A stretch of 53,943 bases of DNA. Origin: Ilumatobacter sp. (lineage in GTDB: Bacteria > Actinomycetota > Acidimicrobiia > Acidimicrobiales > Ilumatobacteraceae). Shown here piece by piece: positions 38,258 to 48,631 of the stretch. Below the pieces are notes generated by a model. The model searched no databases. It worked only from the letters and a program-made list of their open reading frames with translations, and had not been told where the DNA came from. Position 1 is the first letter of the stretch. Each line of letters begins with the position of its first letter. The position numbers and the translations under genes were made by a program. Location: the NCBI GenBank assembly GCA_047610085.1, contig JBLFZD010000001.1, positions 1-53,943 on the forward strand, written 5' to 3'.

Positions 38258-38935
38258 GTGGAAATCGTCTTCATTCGTCACGGCCAGCCTGAGTGGACCA
38301 AGGACGGTCTCAATGTTGAGAACCCGCCGCTCACCGATCTGGGGCATTGTCAGGCAGAGGCCATGGCCAACGCGCTCGCTTCTGAGGACTTCGATGAGGT
38401 CTTTTGTTCGCCACTGGTGCGCGCGCGCCAGACCGCAGCGCCACTGTTCGAAGCGCTGGGCCGCCCGGAACAGATCGCACCGTGGCTTAAGGAGATCGGC
38501 GATCCGGCCTGGCACGGCACCCCCGCCGAGAAGGCTCAGGCGGCGTACCGTGAATTTGCTGAGCGCCCGGTAGATCAACGCTGGGAGGGTTTGGAGGGCG
38601 GCGAGTCGGTTCGCGACTTCACTGCTCGGATCCGATCTGGAGGTGCGGAATTCTGGTCCGAGCGCGGCATGGTGCGAACTCCCATGGATCTGCCGGTTTG
38701 GAAGGTCGCCAAACCGGGGACCCGAATTGCGCTGGTTGCTCACGTGGGCACCAACTCTGTGGCGATTGGTCACCTCCTCGGTCTGGAACCCACCCCATGG
38801 GAATGGGAACGCTTCGTCCTCGGCCATGCGTCGATCAGTCGAGTCGAGGCACTTCCGGTGCATGATGGACACATGTTCAGCCTGTCCAAGCTGAGTGATG
38901 TCGAGCACATCGACGCCGAGAACCGAACGCGCTGA
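38258..38935 (+). CDS. Histidine phosphatase (phosphoglycerate mutase) family protein
   Basis: IRHGQ, SPLVRARQTA, GGES, VAHVG. Confidence 0.92.
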   Translation: MEIVFIRHGQPEWTKDGLNVENPPLTDLGHCQAEAMANALASEDFDEVFCSPLVRARQTAAPLFEALGRPEQIAPWLKEIGDPAWHGTPAEKAQAAYREFAERPVDQRWEGLEGGESVRDFTARIRSGGAEFWSERGMVRTPMDLPVWKVAKPGTRIALVAHVGTNSVAIGHLLGLEPTPWEWERFVLGHASISRVEALPVHDGHMFSLSKLSDVEHIDAENRTR

Positions 38936-38969
38936 GAATTCCCGGTCCGCCGGCAATTACGGTCAGAAC

Positions 38970-40070
38970 ATGACCGACACCAGCAATCAAACCGAGATCG
39001 ATCCAGATCGACTGAAGATGTTCTCGTTTGGCGTCTTTAGCCAACTGAGCGGCGCGGTGACGGCCGGCATGATTCACCTGGGCGATCGTCTTGGCCTGTT
39101 CCAGGCGTTAGCGGGGCTCGGGGAGCCGTCTACAACTCAGGCGCTTGCCGATTCGGTCAGCCTCGATGAGCGGTGGGTGCGTGAATGGGCCCACAATCAG
39201 GCAGCGGCAAAGATCATCGATGTCGACGCCTCGGTGTCACCCGAGCTGTTCTCGCTGTCGCCCGAAGCCGTCGCGGTGCTCGCCTCTCCGGACCATGTTG
39301 CGTTTGGTATGGGAATGTTCCACCGGTTCCCGCAGACAATGGGGGCACTCGAGAAGATGCCCGAGAGCTTCCAGACCGGACTTGGCCACGACTACGACAG
39401 TCACGGGTGTGAAGGAGCGATTGGCATCGAGAAGAGCTTCGAGCCGTGGATGCGGCATCACTTGATCGACACGGTGGTGCCAGCCCTCGACGGGATGGTC
39501 GAAAAACTCGATGCGGGAGCCACGGTGATCGATATTGGGTGCGGGGCCGGAGGAGCGGTATTAATGATGGCGACGCGCTTTCCGAACTCGACCTTCGTTG
39601 GCTACGACATTTCCGAACGAGCGCTCGAGCGTGCCAACGAACGACTTGCCGAGAGTGATCTCAGTAACGCGCGATTCGTTGACCCGCGTAACGAAGCGAT
39701 GCCAAACGACGGGTCGTGTGATCTCGTCACCACGTTTGACTGCATCCACGACATGACCCAGCCGCAGGAGATGATGGAGTCGATCCGTTCCGCTGTCGCC
39801 AACGATGGCACATGGCTCCTCGTCGACATCAAGGGCCGTGACAGCTTTGCGGAGAACGTCGAGAAGAACCCGATGGCCTCCCTGATGTACGGCATCAGCG
39901 TGCTGTCGTGCATGAGTTCGGCGTTGTCATCGCCTGGCGGTGCCGGCCTCGGGACACTTGGCCTCCCCGCATCGAAGGCCAAGTCGATGTCCTCAGCGGC
40001 AGGGTTCTCGCAGTTCGCTCCGCTCGATATCGATCACAGTGTCAACAGCTTCTACGAGATTCGCGTCTGA
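38970..40070 (+). CDS. Class I SAM-dependent methyltransferase with N-terminal winged helix (Rv2258c-like)
   Basis: IHLGDRLGLF, ERWVREW, IDIGCGAG, GYDIS, FDCIHDM. Confidence 0.9.
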   Translation: MTDTSNQTEIDPDRLKMFSFGVFSQLSGAVTAGMIHLGDRLGLFQALAGLGEPSTTQALADSVSLDERWVREWAHNQAAAKIIDVDASVSPELFSLSPEAVAVLASPDHVAFGMGMFHRFPQTMGALEKMPESFQTGLGHDYDSHGCEGAIGIEKSFEPWMRHHLIDTVVPALDGMVEKLDAGATVIDIGCGAGGAVLMMATRFPNSTFVGYDISERALERANERLAESDLSNARFVDPRNEAMPNDGSCDLVTTFDCIHDMTQPQEMMESIRSAVANDGTWLLVDIKGRDSFAENVEKNPMASLMYGISVLSCMSSALSSPGGAGLGTLGLPASKAKSMSSAAGFSQFAPLDIDHSVNSFYEIRV

Positions 40071-40091
40071 GCGTTGAGGTACGGTCAAATC

Positions 40092-40532
40092 ATGAGTAAC
40101 ACCTGCACGCTCGACGACGTCAAGGCATTTGCCACTCAACTCAGCCCGTGGGCGCACCTCGCCACGGTCGGTGCTGATGGAGAACCAGACGTGGTTCCCG
40201 TGCATCCCTGCTGGGATGGCGAAACACTGTGGACCATGGTGGGCGTCGACTCGGTGAAGGCCCGAAATGTGGCCGACAACAATAAGGTCGCCTTTCATTG
40301 GCAGGTCACAGAGAATGGTGATGGCGTCGAAGTGTGGGGGACCGGTGAAGTCTTCATCGACATCGAAACCAAACAGCGCATGTGGACCGACGTCTTCGAC
40401 TACGACCTCAGCGCATTTGCTCCGGGTGGACCCGATAACTCCCCGGATACGGCGTTTCTCGCTGTCGCGGTCAACCGCGCACTGGTTCTCAAGCAATATG
40501 GAGTGGGCGGGACCCAGCGTTGGAACGCCTGA
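40092..40532 (+). CDS. Pyridoxamine 5'-phosphate oxidase-like (split-barrel flavin/F420-binding) protein
   Basis: AHLATVGADGEPDVVPV, SVKARNVADNNKVA. Confidence 0.85.
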   Translation: MSNTCTLDDVKAFATQLSPWAHLATVGADGEPDVVPVHPCWDGETLWTMVGVDSVKARNVADNNKVAFHWQVTENGDGVEVWGTGEVFIDIETKQRMWTDVFDYDLSAFAPGGPDNSPDTAFLAVAVNRALVLKQYGVGGTQRWNA

Positions 40533-41311
40533 CGCAACTCAGCCGCTCGATTGCGGGGACAACAGCGATCATCACGGGAGCCGCGAGTGGCATGGGACGC
40601 GCCACGGCACATTTGTTCGCCGACGAAGGGTCACGGGTTGTCATCGCTGACCTGGTGGATGAACGCGTTGCCGTGGTTGTCGATGAGATCCGAGCGGTGC
40701 ATGGCGAGCAGTCCGCACTGGGCATGGTGACCGATGTGTCGGACCCGGACGCTCTGGCCAGCCTCGTCGAGGCAACCGTTGCATGGACGGGGCAACTCGA
40801 CATCGTGGTCAACAACGCGGGCGTCTCGCTTATCAGCTCTGTCTTCCAAGGCGACGATGAGTTCGAATCGAGCTGGGCACGCACCGTTGACGTGAACCTC
40901 ACGGCGCATGCCCGACTTGTTCGACTGGCGCTCCCGTACCTCTTGGAGTCCGCTGCCGGGCGAATTGTGAACATCGCATCGACCGAGGCATTGGTGAGTA
41001 CCGCGGGCTTGGCCGCCTATGCCGCGACCAAAGCGGGTGTGATTGGTTTGACGCAATCGATGGCCGTCGAACTGGGTCGCCATGGGATCACCGTGAACTG
41101 CATCTGCCCGGGTCCGATCGTGACGGGCATGACCGAGGGCATCGATGTTGAATCAAAAGAGAAGTACGCCAGGCGACGGGTGCCACTGCGCCGCTACGGG
41201 CAGCCCGAAGAGGTCGCCCAGATGACTCTGAACCTCTGCTTGCCGTCATCGAGCTTCGTGAACGGCGCCCATATCCCCGTTGACGGCGGCATGTCCATCC
41301 GCCACACCTGA
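40520..41311 (+). CDS. Short-chain dehydrogenase/reductase
   Basis: TGAASGMG, NNAG, NIAS, YAATK, VNCICPG, VDGG. Confidence 0.93.
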   Translation: MERLTQLSRSIAGTTAIITGAASGMGRATAHLFADEGSRVVIADLVDERVAVVVDEIRAVHGEQSALGMVTDVSDPDALASLVEATVAWTGQLDIVVNNAGVSLISSVFQGDDEFESSWARTVDVNLTAHARLVRLALPYLLESAAGRIVNIASTEALVSTAGLAAYAATKAGVIGLTQSMAVELGRHGITVNCICPGPIVTGMTEGIDVESKEKYARRRVPLRRYGQPEEVAQMTLNLCLPSSSFVNGAHIPVDGGMSIRHT

Positions 41312-41315
41312 CTGA

Positions 41316-41342
41316 GGAGGTGGGGTGGGCGGGACCACCTTC
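41316..41342. terminator. Possible hairpin between convergent genes
   Basis: GGAGGTGG (41316-41323) pairs with CCACCTTC (41335-41342), including one G-U pair. Confidence 0.3.
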
Positions 41343-41354
41343 TGCTGATTTGCT

Positions 41355-42497
41355 CTACTTCGGCGTGAAACCATCGAAGAGGCCGCTGAGGCCCGATGGA
41401 TCGTGGCGGCCGATGACGAACTGCTCAAGAATTCCCAGCCCTTCGTGCGTCCCAACCGCTCCAGAGGTCGTGGCCTTCACGATGGTCTGGACGTGGACGT
41501 GCTGCGGAGCGCTGAGGTCGGCGACCGGGAGGTCCCACCTGTCCCCACCGACCTCGAGTTCACCCTTCCACACGCCGTGGCTCCACTCGGGGTGGGTGTA
41601 GCCGATGCCGAGCATGTGGAAATCGAAGAGCGGGTCAAGCGTGATGGTTGACACCTCGCCAGACCACGGGATCATGTCGATCTCGAATGAGGCCGCCGAT
41701 CGTGTGCCGGGGCGCCACTCTACGCGATAGTCAACGGCTCGCATTGCCTCGGCCGCTTCGGGCTCATCGTTGCCGGCAGGCACGAGGGAGACGAAGCCCG
41801 ATTCATGCCATCGGCGACCATCGAAGTGCTCGTTGATGTCGAAGTGGGTGGAGAAGCCTTCAAAGTTGATCGGGGCCCACAACCAGTAAAACTGCGGGTC
41901 CGCCACCGGTGCCCCGGTGGAACCGCGTTCGCCAACGGTGCGCACACCCCACGAGCGGTCGCGGGTGCCGAGCGTTTCGTCAGGGGCAAGGTCGGTGAGT
42001 TCGCCATCGATCTCGATCCACCCTTCCCATCCCCCGAACTGCGTCATGCGGGTCGAGTCCATGACGACGCGCTGGCCGACCTGGTGGAAGAAGTGAGGCT
42101 CTTCAATCGCTGCTGAGCGACGAACAAATGTCAGGTCACATCGGATCCCATGCTCGGGTGCCTCGACGGTGATCCGTAGCGTCGAGAGCGGCTCGATCAC
42201 CTCGACTTCGATCGGGCCAACCTTGTTTGCTTCGGCCCGGTCGGTGGGTGCTCGGCGCGATGCGTGCACGTTGATTTGGCGAGCGTCGGCGGTGCCACCG
42301 TCGACGACGACGCTGAACGACGCATCAGCGACGTGGCGATTGGGATAGAGGCCCATCGCCGCGGCGAAAAACACGCGCGTATCGCGGGTGTAGCCGTTAA
42401 AGAAGTAACGATCGTAGTGATTCAGATCACTCGAGCCGGTTTGAGCCACCGGGTGTGACGTCTGATGGATCGGAAAGTCGTCGAACGAGCTCAGCAC
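41355..42497 (-). CDS. Conserved-looking hypothetical protein with a beta-rich, possibly tocopherol-cyclase/AttH-like fold
   Basis: DDFPIHQT, YDRYFFNG, RMTQFG, GTRDRSWGVR; start placed at GTG 42497, 7 nt after TACCGT. Confidence 0.75.
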   Translation of the reverse strand: MLSSFDDFPIHQTSHPVAQTGSSDLNHYDRYFFNGYTRDTRVFFAAAMGLYPNRHVADASFSVVVDGGTADARQINVHASRRAPTDRAEANKVGPIEVEVIEPLSTLRITVEAPEHGIRCDLTFVRRSAAIEEPHFFHQVGQRVVMDSTRMTQFGGWEGWIEIDGELTDLAPDETLGTRDRSWGVRTVGERGSTGAPVADPQFYWLWAPINFEGFSTHFDINEHFDGRRWHESGFVSLVPAGNDEPEAAEAMRAVDYRVEWRPGTRSAASFEIDMIPWSGEVSTITLDPLFDFHMLGIGYTHPEWSHGVWKGELEVGGDRWDLPVADLSAPQHVHVQTIVKATTSGAVGTHEGLGILEQFVIGRHDPSGLSGLFDGFTPK

Positions 42498-42528
42498 TCC
42501 ACTGACGGTAGTCGTACCATAGGTAACG

Positions 42529-43446
42529 ATGACGCTTAAGCGGTACAGAGAGCTCGCCATCGTGACCACCGTCGGCATTTGTGTACTCGTTGTCGCAGGC
42601 GGTGCGGTCCGACTCACCGGTTCAGGCCTTGGTTGCGATGACTGGCCGAACTGCAACGATCAACGCTTCATCGACGTGACGAGTGGACACACGGCGATTG
42701 AGCAGTTGAATCGCCTCCTCAGTGGGCTGATCGGCCTGCCGACTCTGCTCTTGGCAATCGTTTCATTTCGCGCCGCCAAACGCGGTAGTGGCCTCAGGTG
42801 GCCCGCTCTCGGAGTACTGGTTTCGGTGGTCGCCAACGCTGTTGTTGGAGGGATTGCGGTGATTGTCGACCTCCATCCGGCCATGATCATGTCGCACTTC
42901 TTGCTCGCGATGGTTTCGATCGCCTTCGGACTGATTGCGATTCGGGCGGGCAGTGGGGTCCCGATTTCGTGGCGTCTACTCGATGGGCAGAATCGCTTGC
43001 ATCAACTCGTGGGCGCACTCATGATACTCATGATCGCAGCCCTGGTCACCGGTACGGTCGTGACCGGTGCTGGCCCTCACGCTGGCGACGAGGAGGCTCG
43101 TCGGTTCGGCTTCGATATCGGGAGCGTTGCTCGCTTCCACAGCGTGACGGTGATCGCGTCTATCGCCACAGCGATACTGATCGCACTGATCATTCGGCGA
43201 GGAACGGAATTCGCTCCGCTGCAGTCAGCGTTGTCCTCGTGGTTCTTCGTCGGGCTCGTCCAGGGCGGTATCGGCTACACGCAGTACTTCAACGGCGTTC
43301 CCGAACTGCTCGTCGGAGTGCATATTGCGGGCGCCACGTTGCTGTGGTTCCTCACCCTTCGGCTCGGAATTGCCATGCTTGACCTGGCCGGTTCGGGCGG
43401 AACCTCTTCCCGAAATGCGATTGATGCAGAGAGTTTTGCTACTTAA
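42529..43446 (+). CDS. ctaA: Heme A synthase (COX15/CtaA family)
   Basis: GGAVRLTGSGLGCDDWPNC, IEQLNR, HFLLA, GAGPHAGD, multiple TMs with conserved His. Confidence 0.88.
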   Translation: MTLKRYRELAIVTTVGICVLVVAGGAVRLTGSGLGCDDWPNCNDQRFIDVTSGHTAIEQLNRLLSGLIGLPTLLLAIVSFRAAKRGSGLRWPALGVLVSVVANAVVGGIAVIVDLHPAMIMSHFLLAMVSIAFGLIAIRAGSGVPISWRLLDGQNRLHQLVGALMILMIAALVTGTVVTGAGPHAGDEEARRFGFDIGSVARFHSVTVIASIATAILIALIIRRGTEFAPLQSALSSWFFVGLVQGGIGYTQYFNGVPELLVGVHIAGATLLWFLTLRLGIAMLDLAGSGGTSSRNAIDAESFAT

Positions 43447-43475
43447 CCCGTGCGTTAGGTCTAGAGTACCGGCCC

Positions 43476-44891
43476 GTGTCACCAACGTCGATGAGACCTA
43501 CCGGGCAGCCCATGTGGTTTCGCCTCTTAATCGGAGCCCTGGTCGCTCTCATTGGAGTATCGGCCTTGGCCGCTCCAGCGTCTGCCCAGGACGATACTGA
43601 CCCTGCTGAGGGTGCGACCGAATCGATCGGCGGCACGCTGAAGGGCAGGGACGAAACCGGTTCGAGGTTTCCGGTCGAAGGTGTCACGCTCATCGTTCGC
43701 GACGCAGACGGTACCGAGGTCGGTGCTGCCGTTAGCGACGCCGCAGGTATGTGGCGTATTCCGCTGCCGAGCTCTGGCCTATATGACGTAGAACTCGAGG
43801 TCGCCACGCTGCCGGAAGGCTTGGAACTCCGCAATCCCGACAACAACCCGTTGACGGCCATCGAGGTGCAGACCAACACCGACAAGAACACCTTGTTTCC
43901 GTTCGGTGAGCGTGTGTTCTCCGACGACAACACGGTGAAGTGGATCCAGCTCCTTGTCGACGGCATCAAGCTTGGTTTGATCATTGCGATGTGCTCGATC
44001 GGGCTCTCGCTGATCTTTGGCACCACCGGCCTGACGAACTTCGCCCATGGCGAGTCGGTGACCTTTGGCGCCATGATGGCCTTCATGTTCCACATGGTCT
44101 ACGGGGCTGCGGCGGACTTCGCGTTCTTCGGATTGTTCAACATCTGGAGCAACGGCCGATTGTTCGGCATACCCGGCACCAACTCGCTGATCTTCGCGGG
44201 TTTCGTCGCAGTCATACTTTCCGGTATTGCGGGTTGGCTGTTCAACGAATTCGTCTGGAAGCGTCTCCGTAACCGTGGCGCCAGTCTCATCAGCGCACTT
44301 GTTGTGTCGATCGGTTTGTCGATCTTCTTCCGCTACGTGTTCCTGTTCCAGTTTGCAGGGCGTGCCCGCTTCTACCGTGACTTCCAGGTCCAGTCGACGA
44401 TCAGCTTTCGGTGGTTCTCGATTGCGCCGAAGGACCTGTTCATTATCTTCTTCTCGATCTTCATCCTCACCTGTGTGGGGCTCGCCTTGCAGAAGACTCG
44501 GGCCGGCAAAGCCATGCGAGCTGTTGCCGACAACCGTGACCTCGCTGAGTCATCGGGGATCGATGTCGAATCGGTCATCAAGTGGGTGTGGATCACCGGC
44601 TCTGCGCTCGCCGGACTTGGCGGTGTGCTGTTCGGCTCGACCGAGAACGTCAACTGGGAGATGGGCTTCCGCCTTCTGTTGCTGATGTTCGCCGGCGTCA
44701 CGCTCGGTGGCTTGGGCACGGCGTACGGAGCGCTGTTTGGCAGCCTGCTTGTGGGGATCTTCATCCAGCTCATCACCTGGCCGGAATGGTTCCCGAGCGA
44801 CATGAAGAATGTGGGTGCGCTCGGCGCACTCGTACTCATCTTGCTCATACGGCCTCAAGGGCTTCTCGGCCGGTCCGAGCGGATTGGATAA
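43476..44891 (+). CDS. livH: Branched-chain amino acid ABC permease (LivH-like) with an N-terminal extracytoplasmic domain
   Basis: GLSLIFGTTGLTNFAHGE, GKAMRAVADN..LAESSGID, LGGLG; start uncertain (43476-43512). Confidence 0.85.
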   Translation: MSPTSMRPTGQPMWFRLLIGALVALIGVSALAAPASAQDDTDPAEGATESIGGTLKGRDETGSRFPVEGVTLIVRDADGTEVGAAVSDAAGMWRIPLPSSGLYDVELEVATLPEGLELRNPDNNPLTAIEVQTNTDKNTLFPFGERVFSDDNTVKWIQLLVDGIKLGLIIAMCSIGLSLIFGTTGLTNFAHGESVTFGAMMAFMFHMVYGAAADFAFFGLFNIWSNGRLFGIPGTNSLIFAGFVAVILSGIAGWLFNEFVWKRLRNRGASLISALVVSIGLSIFFRYVFLFQFAGRARFYRDFQVQSTISFRWFSIAPKDLFIIFFSIFILTCVGLALQKTRAGKAMRAVADNRDLAESSGIDVESVIKWVWITGSALAGLGGVLFGSTENVNWEMGFRLLLLMFAGVTLGGLGTAYGALFGSLLVGIFIQLITWPEWFPSDMKNVGALGALVLILLIRPQGLLGRSERIG

Positions 44892-44900
44892 GGAGACATC

Positions 44901-45944
44901 ATGGATTGGGTAGCAATCATCGAGTCCACGTTCCGTGGCCTCTTAGGTGAACAGTTCATCTACTTCGGGTTGGCTGCGATCGGCCTCAACCTGCACTTCG
45001 GTTATACCGGTCTTCTGAACTTCGGTCAGGCGGCGTTTATGGCGGCGGGTGCCTATGGCCTTGCGATTATCGTCACCACCTTCGCGCCGAGGATCAACGA
45101 CGACAAGGGCATCTTTCAGCTGAACTTGTCGGACGGCTGGATGTTTATCGTTGGCATGTTCTTCGGGGTGATCGTTGTCCCCCTTGTGTTGGCGTTACTG
45201 ATGGGCATTCCGACCCTGCGCCTGCGCGCCGACTACCTGGCGATCGTCACGATCGCCGTTGCGGAGATCATTCGAATCTTCATGCGGTCACCTCGTTGGG
45301 ACTGGCTGACCGGTTCCTCCGATGGTCTGACGGGGTTCTCGAGCGTGTTCTACGACTTGAGCCCATTCGACAGAAGTGAGCGATACCTCTTCAATCTGTT
45401 CTCCGGCAACCAGATGTTCCTGGTGCTTGTTGGCTGGGTCGTACTTGCTGCCTCGGCCACGCTGTGCTGGTTGATCATACGCAGCCCATGGGGTCGTGTT
45501 CTGAAGGCAATTCGGGAAGACGAAGACGCGGCACGGGCACTCGGCAAAAACGCATTCTCCTACAAGATGCAAGCATTGGCGATCGGTGGCATTTTCGGTG
45601 CGTTGGGCGGCATGCTGAGGGCAATCGGGTTCTCGAACGCCCAGCCCGACAACTTCATCACTGACGTCACGTTCTTCGTGTGGGTGGCGCTGATCTTGGG
45701 TGGTGCCGGCAAGGTCCTCGGCCCGATAGTCGGAGCGTCCCTTTTGTATGGCGTCCTGAACTTTACCGACGTGTTCTTGCGTGAAATCGTTGCGAACGAA
45801 GTGGTGTCCGATGAGGTGCTCAGCGGAACCCAGGTTGGTCAGGTCCGGTTCATGCTGATCGGCCTCGGTCTGGCTCTTTTGGCGGCGTTCAGACCACAGG
45901 GAATCTTCGGCAACAAGGAAGAGATGGCACTCGATGACCGATGA
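44901..45944 (+). CDS. livM: Branched-chain amino acid ABC permease (LivM-like)
   Basis: GYTGLLNFGQAAF, LRLRADYLAIVT, SPWGRVLKAIREDE, RPQGIFG; SD AAGGAG. Confidence 0.9.
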   Translation: MDWVAIIESTFRGLLGEQFIYFGLAAIGLNLHFGYTGLLNFGQAAFMAAGAYGLAIIVTTFAPRINDDKGIFQLNLSDGWMFIVGMFFGVIVVPLVLALLMGIPTLRLRADYLAIVTIAVAEIIRIFMRSPRWDWLTGSSDGLTGFSSVFYDLSPFDRSERYLFNLFSGNQMFLVLVGWVVLAASATLCWLIIRSPWGRVLKAIREDEDAARALGKNAFSYKMQALAIGGIFGALGGMLRAIGFSNAQPDNFITDVTFFVWVALILGGAGKVLGPIVGASLLYGVLNFTDVFLREIVANEVVSDEVLSGTQVGQVRFMLIGLGLALLAAFRPQGIFGNKEEMALDDR

Positions 45945-46911
45945 TGACCGTCCAGAGTTTCGTTTCGACGACGAATTAATTCCCGAAGCTGGCCCAAAGG
46001 GTGGTCCCGGCCCTGTGGATGCCGTTGATCCCGGAGCGACGCGTTCCATCGATGGTGTTGATTCTGTCGCCGCTCGCGCCGCCTTGGCTGATGTTCCTTG
46101 GGAGCCAGGGTCGGCGAAGCCAGATCCGATCTTGGTGGCAGACAACGTCGTTCGCAGATTTGGCGGCCTCACTGCGGTCGACGTCGAACACGTTGAAGTG
46201 CAGCGCGGTGTGATCACGGCCTTGATCGGCCCAAATGGTGCGGGTAAAACCACGCTGTTCAACTTGTTGACGAACTTCGACAAGCCCGATTCAGGCACGC
46301 GAGTTTTTAATGGCCAGAACATCGACAAGGTGCCGGCGCACAAAATTGCCAACTACGGCATGGTTCGTACGTTCCAGCTCACCAAAGCGCTGTCGAAGAT
46401 GACCGTGATCGAGAACATGAAGCTCGGAGCCACCGATCAGCGGGGTGAGTCACTTTTCTCGTCGGTCTTCCCGTTCCTGTGGAGTAAACAAGAAAAGGAG
46501 ATCGAGCAGCGTGCTGACGAGCTCCTCGTCCACTTCAAGATGGACCACATGCGTGATCAGTTCGCTGGCACGCTTTCTGGCGGCCAACGCAAGCTGCTCG
46601 AAATGGCTCGTTCGCTGATGGTCGAACCCGAAATGGTGATGCTCGACGAGCCGATGGCTGGCGTGAACCCGGCGTTGACTCAGTCGCTCCTGGGACACGT
46701 GACGGGGCTTCGTGATCAGGGTATGACTGTGCTCTTCGTCGAGCACGACATGGATATGGTGCAAGAGATCAGCGACTGGGTCATCGTGATGGCTGAAGGT
46801 CGTATTATCGCCGAGGGGCCGCCGGCCACGATCGGTCAAAATCAGGCCGTGGTCGACGCTTACCTGGGCACGAGCCACGACTCCGCCCTCGACCTCGACG
46901 CCGACATCTGA
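45934..46911 (+). CDS. livG: Branched-chain amino acid ABC ATPase (LivG-like)
   Basis: FGGLTAV, GPNGAGKTT, RTFQ, LSGGQ, LDEP, EHDM, AYLG. Confidence 0.92.
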   Translation: MTDDDRPEFRFDDELIPEAGPKGGPGPVDAVDPGATRSIDGVDSVAARAALADVPWEPGSAKPDPILVADNVVRRFGGLTAVDVEHVEVQRGVITALIGPNGAGKTTLFNLLTNFDKPDSGTRVFNGQNIDKVPAHKIANYGMVRTFQLTKALSKMTVIENMKLGATDQRGESLFSSVFPFLWSKQEKEIEQRADELLVHFKMDHMRDQFAGTLSGGQRKLLEMARSLMVEPEMVMLDEPMAGVNPALTQSLLGHVTGLRDQGMTVLFVEHDMDMVQEISDWVIVMAEGRIIAEGPPATIGQNQAVVDAYLGTSHDSALDLDADI

Positions 46912-46935
46912 GCCGGCAACTGACTGCGAGACGAC

Positions 46936-47691
46936 GTGACTGACGACAACACCGACTACGAGGGCCCGCTCCTCGTTGCTGACAGCCTGACCGCTGGGTA
47001 CATCCCTGGGGTCAACATCCTGAACGATTGCAGCCTCACCCTTGCGCAGGGTGAACTCGTTGCGATCATTGGACCGAACGGCGCGGGTAAGTCCACGCTT
47101 GTGAAGTCGATGTTCGGCCTCGTGAACATTCGTGATGGCCAGGTCCGACTGCGGGGTGAAGACATCACGAACATGAAGGCGCACTCGTTGGTGAGCCGTG
47201 GCATTGGTTACGTGCCCCAAAACAACAACGTGTTCCCCGCTTTGTCAGTGATCGAGAACCTCGAGATGGGCTCGTTCCTCAATCCGAAGATCTTCAAGGC
47301 CCGCTACGAAGTTGTGGGTGAAATGTTCCCACGACTCGTGGAGCGTGCCACCCAACGGGCCGGAGCACTCTCCGGTGGTGAGCGTCAGATGCTGGCTATG
47401 GGCCGAGCATTGATGATGGATCCGTCGGTGCTGTTACTCGATGAGCCGTCGGCTGGGTTGTCGCCGGCGTTGCAAGACGAGGTCTTCATCCGTTGCCACA
47501 AGATCAACAAGGCGGGGGTGTCGATCGTGATGGTCGAGCAGAATGCCAGTCGTTGTCTGCAGATTTGTGATCGTGGCTATGTGCTCGATCAAGGTGCAAA
47601 CGCCTACACCGGCTCAGGCAGCGACCTACTGAAAGATCCGAAGGTGATCGAGCTGTATCTTGGCACCCTCGTCAAAGATCACCAGGAATAA
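46936..47691 (+). CDS. livF: Branched-chain amino acid ABC ATPase (LivF-like)
   Basis: GPNGAGKST, YVPQ, LSGGERQM, LDEPSAGL, VEQN, LYLG. Confidence 0.92.
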   Translation: MTDDNTDYEGPLLVADSLTAGYIPGVNILNDCSLTLAQGELVAIIGPNGAGKSTLVKSMFGLVNIRDGQVRLRGEDITNMKAHSLVSRGIGYVPQNNNVFPALSVIENLEMGSFLNPKIFKARYEVVGEMFPRLVERATQRAGALSGGERQMLAMGRALMMDPSVLLLDEPSAGLSPALQDEVFIRCHKINKAGVSIVMVEQNASRCLQICDRGYVLDQGANAYTGSGSDLLKDPKVIELYLGTLVKDHQE

Positions 47692-47759
47692 CACAGCTGA
47701 CGCTCCGACTGGTGTGGGTGTTTGTTGCCCGCTCATTAGAGGCCCCTGGCAGCAATGGG

Positions 47760-48237
47760 GCACCGGAGAGCGCCGTTCGCATGTCAGGCAGGCGACCCTT
47801 ACCGTTGATGCGGCGCAGAGGTTTGTGTGACTAAGTCGTTGCGGCGTGTCGATCGACATGCGAGCGAACGCTCCACAGGCCGTGATTTCCCGGCCAATAA
47901 AGTCCCGTCGACGCATCGGCGACGTCGTGAATTGCGTGTAAGCGATCCCGAGTCTGTGTCCGCTCTGGCCTCCGGTTGACTCGCTGGCCGACAGTCAGGC
48001 TTTGGCGAGCTTTGCAACGCTGTCGGTAGGCCTTCCGCCAGCACGAAATGGTGCAGTAAACGCGATGCCGCCTGGATATACGGACGCCTCGCACACGGGG
48101 CACCACCAGAGAGCAGAGAATTCTGATCGCGGCGCGTTCGTGGCGTCGAACGAGGATTCGGACTTGAATGCGAGCGACCAAGCAATCTTTGGGACTGTTT
48201 GGCTCGGCAGGTTCAAAGGTGATCTCTTGCGCGCCAT
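47760..48237 (-). pseudogene. Decayed gene for a Cys-rich (zinc-finger-like) protein
   Basis: Three frames join to give WWCPVCEASVYP / RHRVYCTISCWRKAYRQR...RTQTRDRLHAI / RRDFIGREITACGAFAR...ACLTC, with shifts at about 48070 and 47910. Confidence 0.5.
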
Positions 48238-48631
48238 GAAGGCAGCGGGGTACTTCAGGGTTCGGCGCTGAGCTCTTCAGGCTGGGTTCCAGTCAGATAC
48301 GCGAGGAGTGACCGGAGAACCGACGTCTGTCCAGGAACCTGACGTGTCAAGAATCGTCTCGTCACGCCCAATTGGACTTGGCATCCTGAATCGTCGTGTT
48401 GTGCCGCAGTGAGCTGTGGCGAGGTCAGGACTGTATGGGCAGGTCCGTGGGCGTTGTCGGTCCAATAAGCCACGTGTTGGCCTGATCATTCTGAGCCGAG
48501 ACGTTTCGGAACAGCGGTTTGTCGTTTGGGTGAGACGATTCGGGATGAGGCTTGACAGAGCCGATCGCTGCTCCCGCCGGCTCGATTCCGGCACCGCGAA
48601 ACCGGGGCGTCTCCGACCGGATACAAATGCT

